A stretch of 64,000 nucleotides of DNA from a virus. Shown here in pieces: positions 16,430-27,148 of this stretch; within the stretch, counting starts at the first letter, position 1; each line of letters begins with the position of its first letter. The notes beneath the pieces are model-generated. The model did not search any database and was not told the origin of the DNA. It worked only from the letters and a program-made list of their open reading frames with translations. The stretch lies in the IMG/VR virus record IMGVR_UViG_3300045988_139610. The stretch is one strand, 5' to 3'. Made by a program: the position numbers and the translations under genes.

Positions 16430-19400
16430 TTAATAAATTTTATAACTTTCTACTATAAGTTCTTTCTCTTCAGTTTGAATCCATTTATCATCTACCTTTT
16501 TCTTTTTATGTTTCCATTGTGCATCTTTTATGCCAATTATATCACCTAGTTTAAGAGGGTTTAATTTAAAATGCTTTTTATATATCTTAATAGTAGTTGA
16601 TTTACCTTTAGAAAGTGAATAAAGGGTTATTTTAGGTGCATATTTGGTATCAATGTCAACTACAAGATATTTGTTACCAAATGATTTATCTTTAATATCA
16701 CAGCTACCAGTAAATTCAAAATAGTCTTGTATAAGTTGTGCTGTGTTATTTTCTTTATTTTTTACTTTAGATTCCATATATTTAAGCATAGGTAATGTAT
16801 TATTGAATTTAAACATTTTATCTGACTCTTTTATAGCAAATTTAGTAAATATTTTATTTAAATTAGGATATTTCTCTTTAGATATTTGTTTCTTACCATA
16901 AAAGGTTTGATATAATTCGTATACTTTTAATAATTTAGGTATTGTTCCAAAGGTAGAGAAAAAATCAAGTCTAATTAATATATTTATATTTTTACTATTT
17001 ATTTTATTTCCTATGTCTATTAATAAATCTATGAAGGAATCATATTGATTATCTTTGAGATTATATAAAATTTCACCTGCATTTTTAGATATAAATTTAA
17101 TTGAGGACAAACCTTTATAAATGGAATTAGTTTCTTTATCCATAAAATATTCACTTTTAGAATATCTAAATTTAGGATTTTTTAAATTAATGTTAAGTTT
17201 TTCTGCATAATCAACTATTTTCTTAGTTTTGTCTATATCTCCCTCATATATATTAAACATTGTTGTTAAAAATTCTAGTGGGTAATAATATCTCAAATAA
17301 CCACATATATATCCTATATAACTGTACGCTTGGCTGTGATTTAAACTAAATAAATATGATGACGCATCATATATTACTTTTAAGAAATCTACAATTATCT
17401 TGTTAGACTCTTCTTCGGACAAACCATATTCATCTTTCATTGTTTTGGTGAAGCCCTCTTTTATTTTAGGTATATATTGTTCTGTCCCAGTTTTTTTAGC
17501 AAATCCACGTCTTACGATATCAGCCTCGCCCATTGAAAATCCACAAAATTTATTTAAGAATTCTATAATTTGTTCTTGATAAACTAAATACCCTAATGTT
17601 GGACTTAAAAATTCATTTAAAGCTTTATGTCCGTTATCTTTAAATATACCTTTTGATAATTGTTCTCTATATGACGCTCCAGCAGGTCTAATAGCCCCAT
17701 TTCCAACAGAAAATAAATCTATATATTTAAAATTAGGATTATATTTTTTTACATTAGCTATAGTTTCATCTGAAAATAAATCTTTTATATAATTCTCTCC
17801 TGTTCCCTCCCATTGGAATATACCTAATGTATTATCTCTGATTGATTTCCATACCTTTTCATCATCTGGTACATTGTTAGGATTTAATCGTTTTATGCCT
17901 AGCAACTCACACGTTTTATTTATTAATGTAATATTGTCTAATGCTAACAAATCTAGTTTTACATAATTTTGACTATCTATTTCTTTCATATTTAACATTG
18001 TAACAGGATAATCACAAGTAGACAAACTCATTAACCCCATATTTTCGTCTAATGGTTCGGGAGAACACACTAAGCCACAAGGATGAGTTCCAACCGATAC
18101 TATTGTTCCATTTATTATGTCTACATATTCAAATAATTGAGGATATAACGCTCTATATTCTTCTTCTTTATTTTCTATATTATCACATATTTCATTTATT
18201 TCACTTAAAGGAATCTCCAAAGCTCTACCCACGTCTCTTATAGACCCTTTTAGGGCGACAGTATTAAATGTGATAATGTCTGCACAATATAAACCTTCTT
18301 TATTATATATATATTCTTTTATAAATTTTCTATCATCTTTATCCCAGTCTGTGTCTATATCAGCTAAACTGACTCTTTCTACATTCATAAATCTTTGAAA
18401 ATTTAACTTATGTTTTATTGAATCCATGTCGGTTAAGCCAATTATATAAGCAACTAAACTACCACTCACACTCCCTCTACTATATCCAGGAAGTCTATTA
18501 TTTTGTCTTGCATAAGATTTTATATCTTCATCTAATAATAAAAAGTCAATAGCTTTATTATGTTTATATGTTTTTAACTCCTCTTTGATTCTAGGTAGAT
18601 ATTCAGTCTTAAAATTATCTAATTTATTTAATCCCTTTTCTTTTATTCCTTTATTAATTTTTTCTTTTAATAATTCTTCGGGATTATCCCATAATTTAGG
18701 ATACTTATACTCTCTATTTATATCAAAAGTTTCGATACTGTTAGCTATTTTGTTGGTATTTTCTAATGCTTTTAAAACTTCATTCATAGGAATTGCATTT
18801 TGCCTTTGATACATATCTATTAATTCATCATATGTTTTAAATGTTATATCCCATTTATCTTCATCACTAAAATTTATTTTTTTTGCTTGCTGAAGAATCT
18901 TTCTGCCTTTTGCATGAACTTCATTTAATGCATGTGTATCTGTTCCAACGGTTAAATTTAAGTCGTTTTCTTTTGCTAGTTTAAATAATTTTTGATTTAA
19001 TTTAACTTGTTTTTCATCTAAATGATGTTGTATTTCAAGATAACATCTATTTTTATTTTTTATAAAAAATTTTAAATATCTATCTTGAATGTATTTGTCT
19101 GCTTTCCCAAATATCCCACCTAAACAAGCTGAAGTGATTATAATATTGTCGCTAGTTTGTTCTAATTCATCAAGAGTTATTCTTGGAGTATAATAAAAAT
19201 GATTGTCTTTTCTATTAAATGACTTGCTTATTAATTTATTTAACTCTTTAACACCATCATAGTTTTTAGCATAGAGACAACAATGATAGTTGTCCCTAAT
19301 TTTTTCATCTAGCATTTCTGTTAAATAAGCCTCTATTCCATGTATGTATTTTAAGCCATATTTTTCACAGTTTTCTTTCTTTTTAGCCCAGTTTAAAATA

Positions 19401-19543
19401 TTTCCATGTTCTGTAAATGCAATAGCTTTCATGCCCAATTCTGATGCTCTTTTTATATAATCTTCTGATTTTGTTACAGAATCTATGTTTGTTGTAGCTG
19501 TAGATAAATCAGTATGAAGATGTAGTATTGTATAGTTTTCCAT
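16430..19543 (-). CDS. dnaE: DNA polymerase III alpha subunit (DnaE-type) with PHP domain
   Basis: PHP HLHTDLS and AFTEHGN. Palm motif GYSRGSVSGSLVAYIIGLTDMD..FQRFMNVERVSLADIDTDW. Confidence 0.9.
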   Translation of the reverse strand: MENYTILHLHTDLSTATTNIDSVTKSEDYIKRASELGMKAIAFTEHGNILNWAKKKENCEKYGLKYIHGIEAYLTEMLDEKIRDNYHCCLYAKNYDGVKELNKLISKSFNRKDNHFYYTPRITLDELEQTSDNIIITSACLGGIFGKADKYIQDRYLKFFIKNKNRCYLEIQHHLDEKQVKLNQKLFKLAKENDLNLTVGTDTHALNEVHAKGRKILQQAKKINFSDEDKWDITFKTYDELIDMYQRQNAIPMNEVLKALENTNKIANSIETFDINREYKYPKLWDNPEELLKEKINKGIKEKGLNKLDNFKTEYLPRIKEELKTYKHNKAIDFLLLDEDIKSYARQNNRLPGYSRGSVSGSLVAYIIGLTDMDSIKHKLNFQRFMNVERVSLADIDTDWDKDDRKFIKEYIYNKEGLYCADIITFNTVALKGSIRDVGRALEIPLSEINEICDNIENKEEEYRALYPQLFEYVDIINGTIVSVGTHPCGLVCSPEPLDENMGLMSLSTCDYPVTMLNMKEIDSQNYVKLDLLALDNITLINKTCELLGIKRLNPNNVPDDEKVWKSIRDNTLGIFQWEGTGENYIKDLFSDETIANVKKYNPNFKYIDLFSVGNGAIRPAGASYREQLSKGIFKDNGHKALNEFLSPTLGYLVYQEQIIEFLNKFCGFSMGEADIVRRGFAKKTGTEQYIPKIKEGFTKTMKDEYGLSEEESNKIIVDFLKVIYDASSYLFSLNHSQAYSYIGYICGYLRYYYPLEFLTTMFNIYEGDIDKTKKIVDYAEKLNINLKNPKFRYSKSEYFMDKETNSIYKGLSSIKFISKNAGEILYNLKDNQYDSFIDLLIDIGNKINSKNINILIRLDFFSTFGTIPKLLKVYELYQTFYGKKQISKEKYPNLNKIFTKFAIKESDKMFKFNNTLPMLKYMESKVKNKENNTAQLIQDYFEFTGSCDIKDKSFGNKYLVVDIDTKYAPKITLYSLSKGKSTTIKIYKKHFKLNPLKLGDIIGIKDAQWKHKKKKVDDKWIQTEEKELIVESYKIY

Positions 19544-19556
19544 CTGTCTTCCCCTC

Positions 19557-19600
19557 CTTATATTAGTGTATTAACATTAGTACACAGAAAATTACCTATA
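19557..19600 (-). promoter_or_regulatory. class-B phage promoter/leader
   Basis: Sense TATAGGTAATTTTCTGTGTACTAATGTTAATACACTAATATAAGGAGGGGAAGACAGATG(dnaE start). Confidence 0.6.
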
Positions 19601-19610
19601 AATTTATTAA

Positions 19611-20456
19611 TTATTTTCTTTTATTATAATACTTACATTGCCCACTTACCCCACATAAATTTTTACAGAAGAAAACATTCTTTTCTGGTTTCCATTCATT
19701 TAATTCTTTAGCATTATTAATATTTTCTAAACTGTCTTTAACATAATCTTCAAATATTTTATAATTTTCTTCATTAAATGGAATAGATATAAAATATCTT
19801 TCATAATCCCCCATTTCTTCTAAAGGTATATCTTTACGTTCTTTAACAGTAGTTTTGCCTTTTTTTCTAGCATACTTAATCATATCAAACTTTGTCTCCA
19901 CTATTTTATACCCTGGATAATTTATTTCCATTGCTTTAGAATAGAGCATCAGTTGATGACACTTCTCTACTAAATGTGCTTTTGTAAATCCACTTTTACT
20001 GCTTGTTTTATAATCTACTATAGTTATTTCTTTTTTTTCATGGTCTAAAATAGCTAAATCTATATATCCCATAATAGTTATACCACATAATTTTATTTCA
20101 AACTCTTGTTCTATTAAACATTCTTTGTTTGTAAAATCTAATGGTTCAAAATACTCCAGATATAGCTCTACGTCTTTAATGTAATTGTTTTTAGCGTTTT
20201 CAGTTGGAAATTTTAATTCATCAACAAATTCTAATATATCAATTTCACTCCTCCATTCTTCTAATGCTTTCTCCTTTGTCGTTTTTCCATGTTCTAAAGA
20301 CTCCATAATACTATGGAACTTAGAACCTAATACACCGTATACACCATTACTTCTTTTAACATGGTCTTGATATATAAGTTTATAGCTATATGGACAATTA
20401 TGAAATGTACCTAATTTAGAATAGCTAAATCTCTCTTTTTTATTTTCTGTTTCCAT
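19611..20456 (-). CDS. PD-(D/E)XK nuclease, Cas4/RecB-like with Cys cluster
   Basis: N-terminal CPYSYK, GYIDLAIL..ITIVDYKTS (D..DxK), and C-terminal CKNLCGVSGQC. Confidence 0.7.
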   Translation of the reverse strand: METENKKERFSYSKLGTFHNCPYSYKLIYQDHVKRSNGVYGVLGSKFHSIMESLEHGKTTKEKALEEWRSEIDILEFVDELKFPTENAKNNYIKDVELYLEYFEPLDFTNKECLIEQEFEIKLCGITIMGYIDLAILDHEKKEITIVDYKTSSKSGFTKAHLVEKCHQLMLYSKAMEINYPGYKIVETKFDMIKYARKKGKTTVKERKDIPLEEMGDYERYFISIPFNEENYKIFEDYVKDSLENINNAKELNEWKPEKNVFFCKNLCGVSGQCKYYNKRK

Positions 20457-20480
20457 ACAATCACTCCTTATTAATTATTT

Positions 20481-21260
20481 TTAGTCAGTTATTTCAACTT
20501 TATAAATATATAACGCTTGATATAATTCACTTGGTATTTTTCTTTTGAAGTAATCTGCAACTTCTTTTATGTTTCTCTCTTTGTAGTATTTATATATCTG
20601 AAATGCTTCCAACTCCGTATCATAATAACCTAAATGTTCTTGTTTTGATTTTCCAGTTTTTGGATTAATTATACGACATAGCACTCTATATTTACCATTT
20701 ACAGGAGTTGTCCCTATAACTGATTTACCTCTTTTATTGTCATTTTTAGTAAATAAGCCGTTGATAGTTTGAGGTACATATATGCAAGTCTCTGGGGAGT
20801 ATATTTTATTCCCTTTAACTAAAATGTCTTTATCTAAACACATTACTTCGTTTTTAACTGTATAATAGTTCTCACTATCCCAACTTCCAAAGTTTTGAAA
20901 ATTATGGAATTCTTCTGATGCTTCACATCCTATATATGTCGGTTCTTTTCCTTGATATTTGTCATCATAACATCTTTGTAACATATTATACCAACTTTGA
21001 AATACTCTAGTTAATTTCCCATTTTCGCTTACTTTATATTCCCCTTCGCCTAAATAGCCTATTTCAAAATATCTTCTTTCATATGGGCATTTTATATTTC
21101 CCTTTTTAAAATTTTGATATTTTGCTCCTTTAAAAGTCCAATTATATTCTGGAAAATATACATCAATATCCATACATCCTCTATACTCGACTATAACCAT
21201 CTCACTACCAAAGTTATTTATATTTCTTTCTCCTATCCTATTAATTTGATTTCTTCCCAT
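20481..21260 (-). CDS. homing-endonuclease-like protein, AP2-type C-terminus (paralog 2 of 4)
   Basis: Same motif set as 7676..8443. GGAGG lies 9 nt before the ATG at 21258-21260 (MGRNQINRIGE), inside the primase 3' end. Confidence 0.55.
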   Translation of the reverse strand: MGRNQINRIGERNINNFGSEMVIVEYRGCMDIDVYFPEYNWTFKGAKYQNFKKGNIKCPYERRYFEIGYLGEGEYKVSENGKLTRVFQSWYNMLQRCYDDKYQGKEPTYIGCEASEEFHNFQNFGSWDSENYYTVKNEVMCLDKDILVKGNKIYSPETCIYVPQTINGLFTKNDNKRGKSVIGTTPVNGKYRVLCRIINPKTGKSKQEHLGYYDTELEAFQIYKYYKERNIKEVADYFKRKIPSELYQALYIYKVEITD

Positions 21261-21265
21261 ATTAA

Positions 21266-22279
21266 TCATCCTCCTATAATACATTCATCACAAAGTTTTT
21301 CAAATATTTCTTTCCCCTGGTCTGATGGAGATACTTTACTTCCTTTTTTCATATATTTATTTTCTTTATCAATCATTACTTTTATTTTTATATCTCGCAT
21401 AAAACAGCACGATTTAATAGTTTGAATATCTCGTTTTATAGCGTCTATTATTAAACCTTCGTCCATACACAAGACTATTTCTGAAACACCTAATTTTAAT
21501 AATTGTTCTACTTGAGTTATACTTATTTGGTTACCCCCTAATGCCGTAGTATTATGTACTCCGAAACTATCACATTGAAGCACAGATTTCTCTGCCTCGA
21601 AGATATATACCTCTTTACTTTCTTTGATGTATTCTTTATTCTGATATAGACCATAAAGATATTTGTGCTTAGGAAAAGGGATTAAAGGAAGGTATTTGAA
21701 ATTTGTTATTTCGTCTGAATCCAAATCTATACGACCCATGACTCCTATAATTTCTCCATGTTCATTATAATGAGGTATTGTAATGCGATTGTTCTCTTCA
21801 GAAAATCCTATATTAAATTTAACTTGACTCGAAGGTAATATACCGTCATCTGCGAAACGTTTAAACCATTTATAACCACTATTATATTCTTCTAAAACAC
21901 TTTCATCATAAGTCACTTCCTTTTCTTCATCTTCATAAGGTACATATAAGCTATCGAAGAAACCATCAAATAATACCTCTTCCTCTGGTTGATAATTACC
22001 TTCTATTTTCTTACCTAACATAGTTTGTGTTGTTTTTAATACTTCTCTATAGGTTAAACCTGTATGAGTAGCTATTAAACCGAATAAATCCCCATTATAA
22101 GACGTTGTAAAATCTGTAGCTGATAAATTATCATTTAATTTGATTCTACATCCACTAGGGTTATCTCCTCCTACTTTTGCACACCTAATCTCTTTATCTG
22201 TTATATTAATACTATGATAATTATAATAACTTAATATTTTTTCGATTTGTTCTGGATTATTTTTTAAATACTCTTTCAT
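21266..22279 (-). CDS. dnaG: DNA primase (Toprim domain)
   Basis: Toprim-like YIFEAEKSVLQ and LCMDEG. Sits directly downstream of dnaB. Ends with a genuine TGA stop (21266-21268). Confidence 0.65.
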   Translation of the reverse strand: MKEYLKNNPEQIEKILSYYNYHSINITDKEIRCAKVGGDNPSGCRIKLNDNLSATDFTTSYNGDLFGLIATHTGLTYREVLKTTQTMLGKKIEGNYQPEEEVLFDGFFDSLYVPYEDEEKEVTYDESVLEEYNSGYKWFKRFADDGILPSSQVKFNIGFSEENNRITIPHYNEHGEIIGVMGRIDLDSDEITNFKYLPLIPFPKHKYLYGLYQNKEYIKESKEVYIFEAEKSVLQCDSFGVHNTTALGGNQISITQVEQLLKLGVSEIVLCMDEGLIIDAIKRDIQTIKSCCFMRDIKIKVMIDKENKYMKKGSKVSPSDQGKEIFEKLCDECIIGG

Positions 22280-22292
22280 ATAGGCTTTTCAC

Positions 22293-23852
22293 CTACTTTT
22301 TACCAAATTTATTATTTTGTTGATTAATATTCTTTCTAACAGGTCTGCACATACATCTTTCTTGGAATGTTCCACTAAAAGTATTAAAGCTCATTATAAT
22401 CGCTTCTTGAGTGTCCACTGCTGTAAGTGTATCTCTTGATTTTGCAATAAATAAAATTCTATAATGATTATTTGGATTTAATGTCACCTCTTCTTCTTCC
22501 CACTTACCTGTTTTTTCGTTCTTTACTCTTCTAAATGGATGACAATAAAATGGACTATCTTTATCTAGTTCTTGAGGGTATAAAGCTCTCATCATATATA
22601 ATCCATGCAAAATCTCGTTTATGGCTTTTGCACCACTCAACATCGACAGCGTTAAGAACAATTCACCGTCATAAGTTTGTGAAGTTTGAATACAACATAA
22701 TCCAACTACATCATACTTTTTACATAATGTATGCAACTCTCTTGAATCTCTAATTAAATCTTTATAAGATGCTTCTCCATTTCCTTTAAACTCTTGTTTA
22801 AATGTATCATATATAACAGCTGATATATTATGAGAATTTTTATATTTTCTAACTAATTTAGATAATCCACCCATATTAGTATCTAACATACTCGCTATAA
22901 TAATTTTATCTGATAAATTTTCATCATAATATTTTTTAGCTTGCTTAACCATTTCAATGTCTTCTTCTGATAATGTTCCACTTTTTATTTTTCTTTTATT
23001 AATCTTTTTATAATCCAATACGTTACATAATATATATACAATAAATGTCGTAAAGAAGTCTTCTATTTTTTGTTCATTAGTTACACAAAGAATTGTGTTA
23101 TCGTTAGTAGCTAAAGATAATATTAAGTTACTCATCCACGTTGTCTTACCACAGTTAACATTCGCGCTTAGCATTGATAAAGTCTGACGTTTCAGACCTA
23201 GTACCTCTTTACTAAGATAAGGCATAAAATTTGTATCTCCAACTTTATCAAACATTAGACCAATTTCCCCACCTTGTAATAAATTATCTATATATGAATC
23301 TGGTATATATCCTGTATGCTCTTTAATAGAATTATCTATGGATGTTTTAATATAATTATTTTCTCTGCTCTCTCTAAATGCTATTATTTCTTCACAAGTC
23401 ATATTTTTGAATAGTTCTAACCAAGATATGTTAATTATTCCTTTCTTAGTTTCTACTTGTATTTCTTGCTCTAAATTCAATCCATCGGCATAATAATTAA
23501 TTAATAAATTACTTTTTTGTAAATCATCTAAATAAGATTCAAAGTTTTTTAAATCTACAGTTCTTCTTAAAGTTTCAATTATTTTAAAACCACCATATTC
23601 TCTATATTGTTTTAATATATCGGCATTACAATTTAATCTGATTTCTGTGTCGTTTATTTTGTTAATTTTTTTATTAGATAATGTTTTTAATATCGTAAAT
23701 AAAAAACTCCCTTCTTCTGATATAAACAGCTCACTATCTATATCATAATCGTTTAATAGTACTGGGTCTTCGTATAAACAACCTAAAACACAGGCTTCTG
23801 AAGATTTTCTTCCTGTCTTTAGATAGTCTGGTAAATCATTATAATTTAACAT
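22293..23852 (-). CDS. dnaB: replicative DNA helicase, DnaB family
   Basis: DnaB-like N-terminus EACVLGCLYEDPVLL. Walker A SANVNCGKTTW. RecA-like core. Confidence 0.8.
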   Translation of the reverse strand: MLNYNDLPDYLKTGRKSSEACVLGCLYEDPVLLNDYDIDSELFISEEGSFLFTILKTLSNKKINKINDTEIRLNCNADILKQYREYGGFKIIETLRRTVDLKNFESYLDDLQKSNLLINYYADGLNLEQEIQVETKKGIINISWLELFKNMTCEEIIAFRESRENNYIKTSIDNSIKEHTGYIPDSYIDNLLQGGEIGLMFDKVGDTNFMPYLSKEVLGLKRQTLSMLSANVNCGKTTWMSNLILSLATNDNTILCVTNEQKIEDFFTTFIVYILCNVLDYKKINKRKIKSGTLSEEDIEMVKQAKKYYDENLSDKIIIASMLDTNMGGLSKLVRKYKNSHNISAVIYDTFKQEFKGNGEASYKDLIRDSRELHTLCKKYDVVGLCCIQTSQTYDGELFLTLSMLSGAKAINEILHGLYMMRALYPQELDKDSPFYCHPFRRVKNEKTGKWEEEEVTLNPNNHYRILFIAKSRDTLTAVDTQEAIIMSFNTFSGTFQERCMCRPVRKNINQQNNKFGKK

Positions 23853-23922
23853 ATCACATCACCTCTTTCTTCAACCAATTTCTTATGTCCCTCATTATAA
23901 TACATTTTCTATCACTCCTTTC

Positions 23923-23966
23923 CTTATATTATCGTATTAACATTAATTCACTAAAAATTACCTATG
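23923..23966 (-). promoter_or_regulatory. class-B phage promoter/leader with 19-codon leader ORF overlapping the dnaB start
   Basis: Sense CATAGGTAATTTTTAGTGAATTAATGTTAATACGATAATATAAGGAAAGGAGTGATAGAAAATG. The leader ORF MYYNEGHKKLVEERGDVIC ends at a TAA overlapping the dnaB ATG. Confidence 0.55.
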
Positions 23967-24045
23967 AATTTATAAAAATTTTGACCTTTTATGCGCCGTT
24001 CTAAGCGTTTTAAATTTCTTCATTGATAATTTATACCTTACAAAT

Positions 24046-24074
24046 ATAGCTCAAGTCGATTAAACTTGAGCTAT
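24046..24074 (-). terminator. 11-bp perfect hairpin after HE paralog 3 (weak T-tract)
   Basis: ATAGCTCAAGT-7 nt-ACTTGAGCTAT followed by ATTTGT. Confidence 0.4.
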
Positions 24075-24087
24075 TTATTAATTATTT

Positions 24088-24879
24088 TTAATCTGTTATT
24101 TCTACCTTATAATTGTATAATGTATCATATAATTTTCTTGGTATTAAATTTTTATAATATTCTGCAACCTCTTTAATATATTGTTCTTTGAATTCTTTAT
24201 AAACTTTAAATGCTTTTTGTGGTGTATCATACGACCCTAAATATTTTGTTTTACTTTTATTTTCTTCAAAATCATATATACTAAAACTTGCTTGAAATTT
24301 TTTATCTCGTTTATTATAATGTACGCCTATAGGATATTCCCCTCGTTTATTACCCCTTTTAGTAAATAATATATTTATATTATTGGGTACAAACACGCAA
24401 TTATCTGGTGAATATATTTTATTCCCTTTATTTAGAATATCTTTATCTAAACACATTTTTTCATTATCAACCTCATAATAATTATTATCATACCACTCTG
24501 CAAAATTCTGAAAACACAACCATTCTTCACAGACTTTGCAATTAATATATGTTGGACGTTTTTTATGAAGTTTATCATCGTAACATCTTTTTAGCATATC
24601 GTGCCAAACATCATAACATTTTGTATTTTTACAATTTTCACTTACTTTATATTTACCTTCCCCTATATAAGCAACACCATAAACTCTTCTCTCATATGGA
24701 CAACTAATTTTGCCTTTTTTGAAATTATCATATGATACATTCTTGGCAATCCAATTATATTCTGTGAAACAAACATCAATATCTCTATTCATTCTGTATC
24801 CCACTATTATCATCTTACTACCAAAGTTATTGTAACCAATTTCCCCAACTCTATCTATCTTACTCCCCATAACCATCAC
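24088..24879 (-). CDS. homing-endonuclease-like protein, AP2-type C-terminus (paralog 3 of 4)
   Basis: Same motif set: CPYERRVYGVAYIGEGKYKVS, WHDMLKRCY, LDKDILNKGNKIYSPDNC. Confidence 0.55.
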   Translation of the reverse strand: MMVMGSKIDRVGEIGYNNFGSKMIIVGYRMNRDIDVCFTEYNWIAKNVSYDNFKKGKISCPYERRVYGVAYIGEGKYKVSENCKNTKCYDVWHDMLKRCYDDKLHKKRPTYINCKVCEEWLCFQNFAEWYDNNYYEVDNEKMCLDKDILNKGNKIYSPDNCVFVPNNINILFTKRGNKRGEYPIGVHYNKRDKKFQASFSIYDFEENKSKTKYLGSYDTPQKAFKVYKEFKEQYIKEVAEYYKNLIPRKLYDTLYNYKVEITD

Positions 24880-24929
24880 CCCTTTATTAATTATTATATC
24901 ATAACCAAATTATTTATCAATAGATTTTA

Positions 24930-25985
24930 TTAATTATTTTTTATATTCTTTTTATAATAATTAAACAAACTATTAGGGTCTTTTCTTTGTCTTTCTACTT
25001 CATGCCAGTCCATTTTTCCTCTAACTTTCCAGTCCCCGTATCCTCCTTGTTCAACATGACAATCTTGGTTTAATCCCATATTTATTTCATCACCGTAATA
25101 TATACAAACATCACCATCTAATGAAAATAACATATCAACGGCTTTAAATAACTTATTCATATCATGTTCTACAGAATTGCTAATTCTGCTCATATCATGA
25201 TTACATAAGAAGTTGACATCATATTTTGGGTCATTTTTAATTACTAATGGATTTCCTGTGTTTAAGGAATGTTTCATCCAACCAGATTCTTCAAAATTAA
25301 AAGTTTTCATTCCTGTTTCTTTGGCATATTTATTACTTATTTCATATGTATCCCAAGCCTCTCCAACTATATAAGCGTTTGGTTTTATTTTATAAACTTC
25401 GTCACAAAACCATTTCCAAAATTCAATCGGATTACCAGATGCATAGATTATAGCATCTAATCTAAATCCATCTACTTTATGGTCTATTAACCAAAACTTT
25501 ATTATATCTTTTATCATATCTTTTACTGTTTCAGATTGATTGTTTAACTGTGGCATGTCATAACTCCATTTTGCTAAATAATATTTCTGATTATCATGAC
25601 ATATTCTCCATTGATTATTTTGTTGATTGTTACTCCAGAAGTAACAATCATTTTGCCCTTTTATACTTTCTTTAAATAATTCATTTTGTGTACTTGTATG
25701 ACATAATACTAAATCCAATAGAATTTCTAATCCATTTTCATGTGCTACTTCTACAAATCTATCAAAATCTTCTAATGTTCCGTATTCTTTTTTAATATCT
25801 GTGTAATCTATTATATCGTATCCATGTTGATTGCAAGAAGGGAAGATAGGAGTTAGCCATAGGGTAGTAACTCCTAATTCAACAAAGTAAGGAATTTTCT
25901 TTTCCAAATCTTTTAAGTCTTTACAAAATGCTGGAAAATATATCTCATAAATTATTCTTCTTTTTTTATTCTGCACAAAAATCAC
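24930..25985 (-). CDS. glycoside hydrolase family 13 (alpha-amylase catalytic domain) protein, short, no signal peptide
   Basis: GH13 regions WLTPIF..HGYDIIDY, DLVLCH (I), DGFRLDAI (II), VGEAWD (III) and FLCNHDMSR (IV). The catalytic Asp/Glu/Asp positions are present. Confidence 0.8.
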   Translation of the reverse strand: MIFVQNKKRRIIYEIYFPAFCKDLKDLEKKIPYFVELGVTTLWLTPIFPSCNQHGYDIIDYTDIKKEYGTLEDFDRFVEVAHENGLEILLDLVLCHTSTQNELFKESIKGQNDCYFWSNNQQNNQWRICHDNQKYYLAKWSYDMPQLNNQSETVKDMIKDIIKFWLIDHKVDGFRLDAIIYASGNPIEFWKWFCDEVYKIKPNAYIVGEAWDTYEISNKYAKETGMKTFNFEESGWMKHSLNTGNPLVIKNDPKYDVNFLCNHDMSRISNSVEHDMNKLFKAVDMLFSLDGDVCIYYGDEINMGLNQDCHVEQGGYGDWKVRGKMDWHEVERQRKDPNSLFNYYKKNIKNN

Positions 25986-25996
25986 CTCTTATATTA

Positions 25997-27121
25997 TTAT
26001 TTAAATCCAATAGTTGATTTTTTTACTTTTTTATCTCTAACCATTCTTTCTATTGTATGTAATAAACAATTTTGATTAATTTTACGTAAACCTTTATCTA
26101 CGGCATATATACCACTATGATTACAAACTGTATGAATAAATGCTCCATTTTTACCTTCTGTTATTTTAGCTAATAATTCGTAATCTATATCGTCCTCATG
26201 TTTAAGTTTGTTAACATATAATTTAAATAGTTCAACTCTTAATTCATAAGAAGGCAAAGGAATAGTTATAACCTTATCGAATCTCCCTTCTCTAATTAAT
26301 GCTGGGTCTAATTGTTCTACTAAATTCGTTGCTCCTATAACTATAATCTTATTATCACTTGCTTCATTCATACAAGATAATAATTTGTTCATTGCACTTC
26401 TATATTCCTTGTTATCGTCTCCTTCACGATTTACACCTATAGCGTCAATTTCATCTATAAAAAGAATTCCTCCACCTTTATTTTTTAAGTCATCAAATAT
26501 TTTTTGCACCTTTTTACTCGACTCCCCTACGTATTTTTCGGCAAAATCTGACGCTACTATAGATTTAAAATTCATATTAGATTCACTAGCTATTGATTTA
26601 GCTAACAATGTTTTACCAGTACCAGGTGACCCTTCTAGTAATATTCCACTTGGCAATTCACATCCAATCTCTTTATATTTTTCCATATTTTTTACAAAGT
26701 TTATTGTACTAAGCACGTCCTCTTTTATTTCTTTGTCAAGTATTACATCGTCTAATTTACATTCTTTTGTTTCTTTTTTACTTGTGTTATTCAACTTCCA
26801 TCTATCATAAGCTTTTTCATAATCTTCAATAATAGGTATGCTCATTGATTCTCCATATTTAAATTTTAATATTTGTTTACATAATAATATTGCTATTCTT
26901 GTTAAGGTATCTTTATTGGTGGTTTCTAATTCTTCATAATCTATGAATTGATAAGCACTAAAATCACTAATTAAGATACATTCTTCAATGTCTGGTTTAA
27001 GTTTTGTAGAAGTTAGAATGTCTAATTTTTCAAAAGCAAATAATAAACATTCAAAATCTACCGTTAATTGATATAAATCCTCGTTTGCAAGAAAATATCT
27101 TTTTCTATTTTTTTCATCCAT
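25997..27121 (-). CDS. AAA+ ATPase (FtsH/Cdc48-type AAA module, no protease domain)
   Basis: Walker A GSPGTGKT, Walker B ILFIDEID, SRH GATN..LDPALIREGRFD. Confidence 0.85.
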   Translation of the reverse strand: MDEKNRKRYFLANEDLYQLTVDFECLLFAFEKLDILTSTKLKPDIEECILISDFSAYQFIDYEELETTNKDTLTRIAILLCKQILKFKYGESMSIPIIEDYEKAYDRWKLNNTSKKETKECKLDDVILDKEIKEDVLSTINFVKNMEKYKEIGCELPSGILLEGSPGTGKTLLAKSIASESNMNFKSIVASDFAEKYVGESSKKVQKIFDDLKNKGGGILFIDEIDAIGVNREGDDNKEYRSAMNKLLSCMNEASDNKIIVIGATNLVEQLDPALIREGRFDKVITIPLPSYELRVELFKLYVNKLKHEDDIDYELLAKITEGKNGAFIHTVCNHSGIYAVDKGLRKINQNCLLHTIERMVRDKKVKKSTIGFK

Positions 27122-27148
27122 AATATCAACCCCCTATTGTATTATTAA

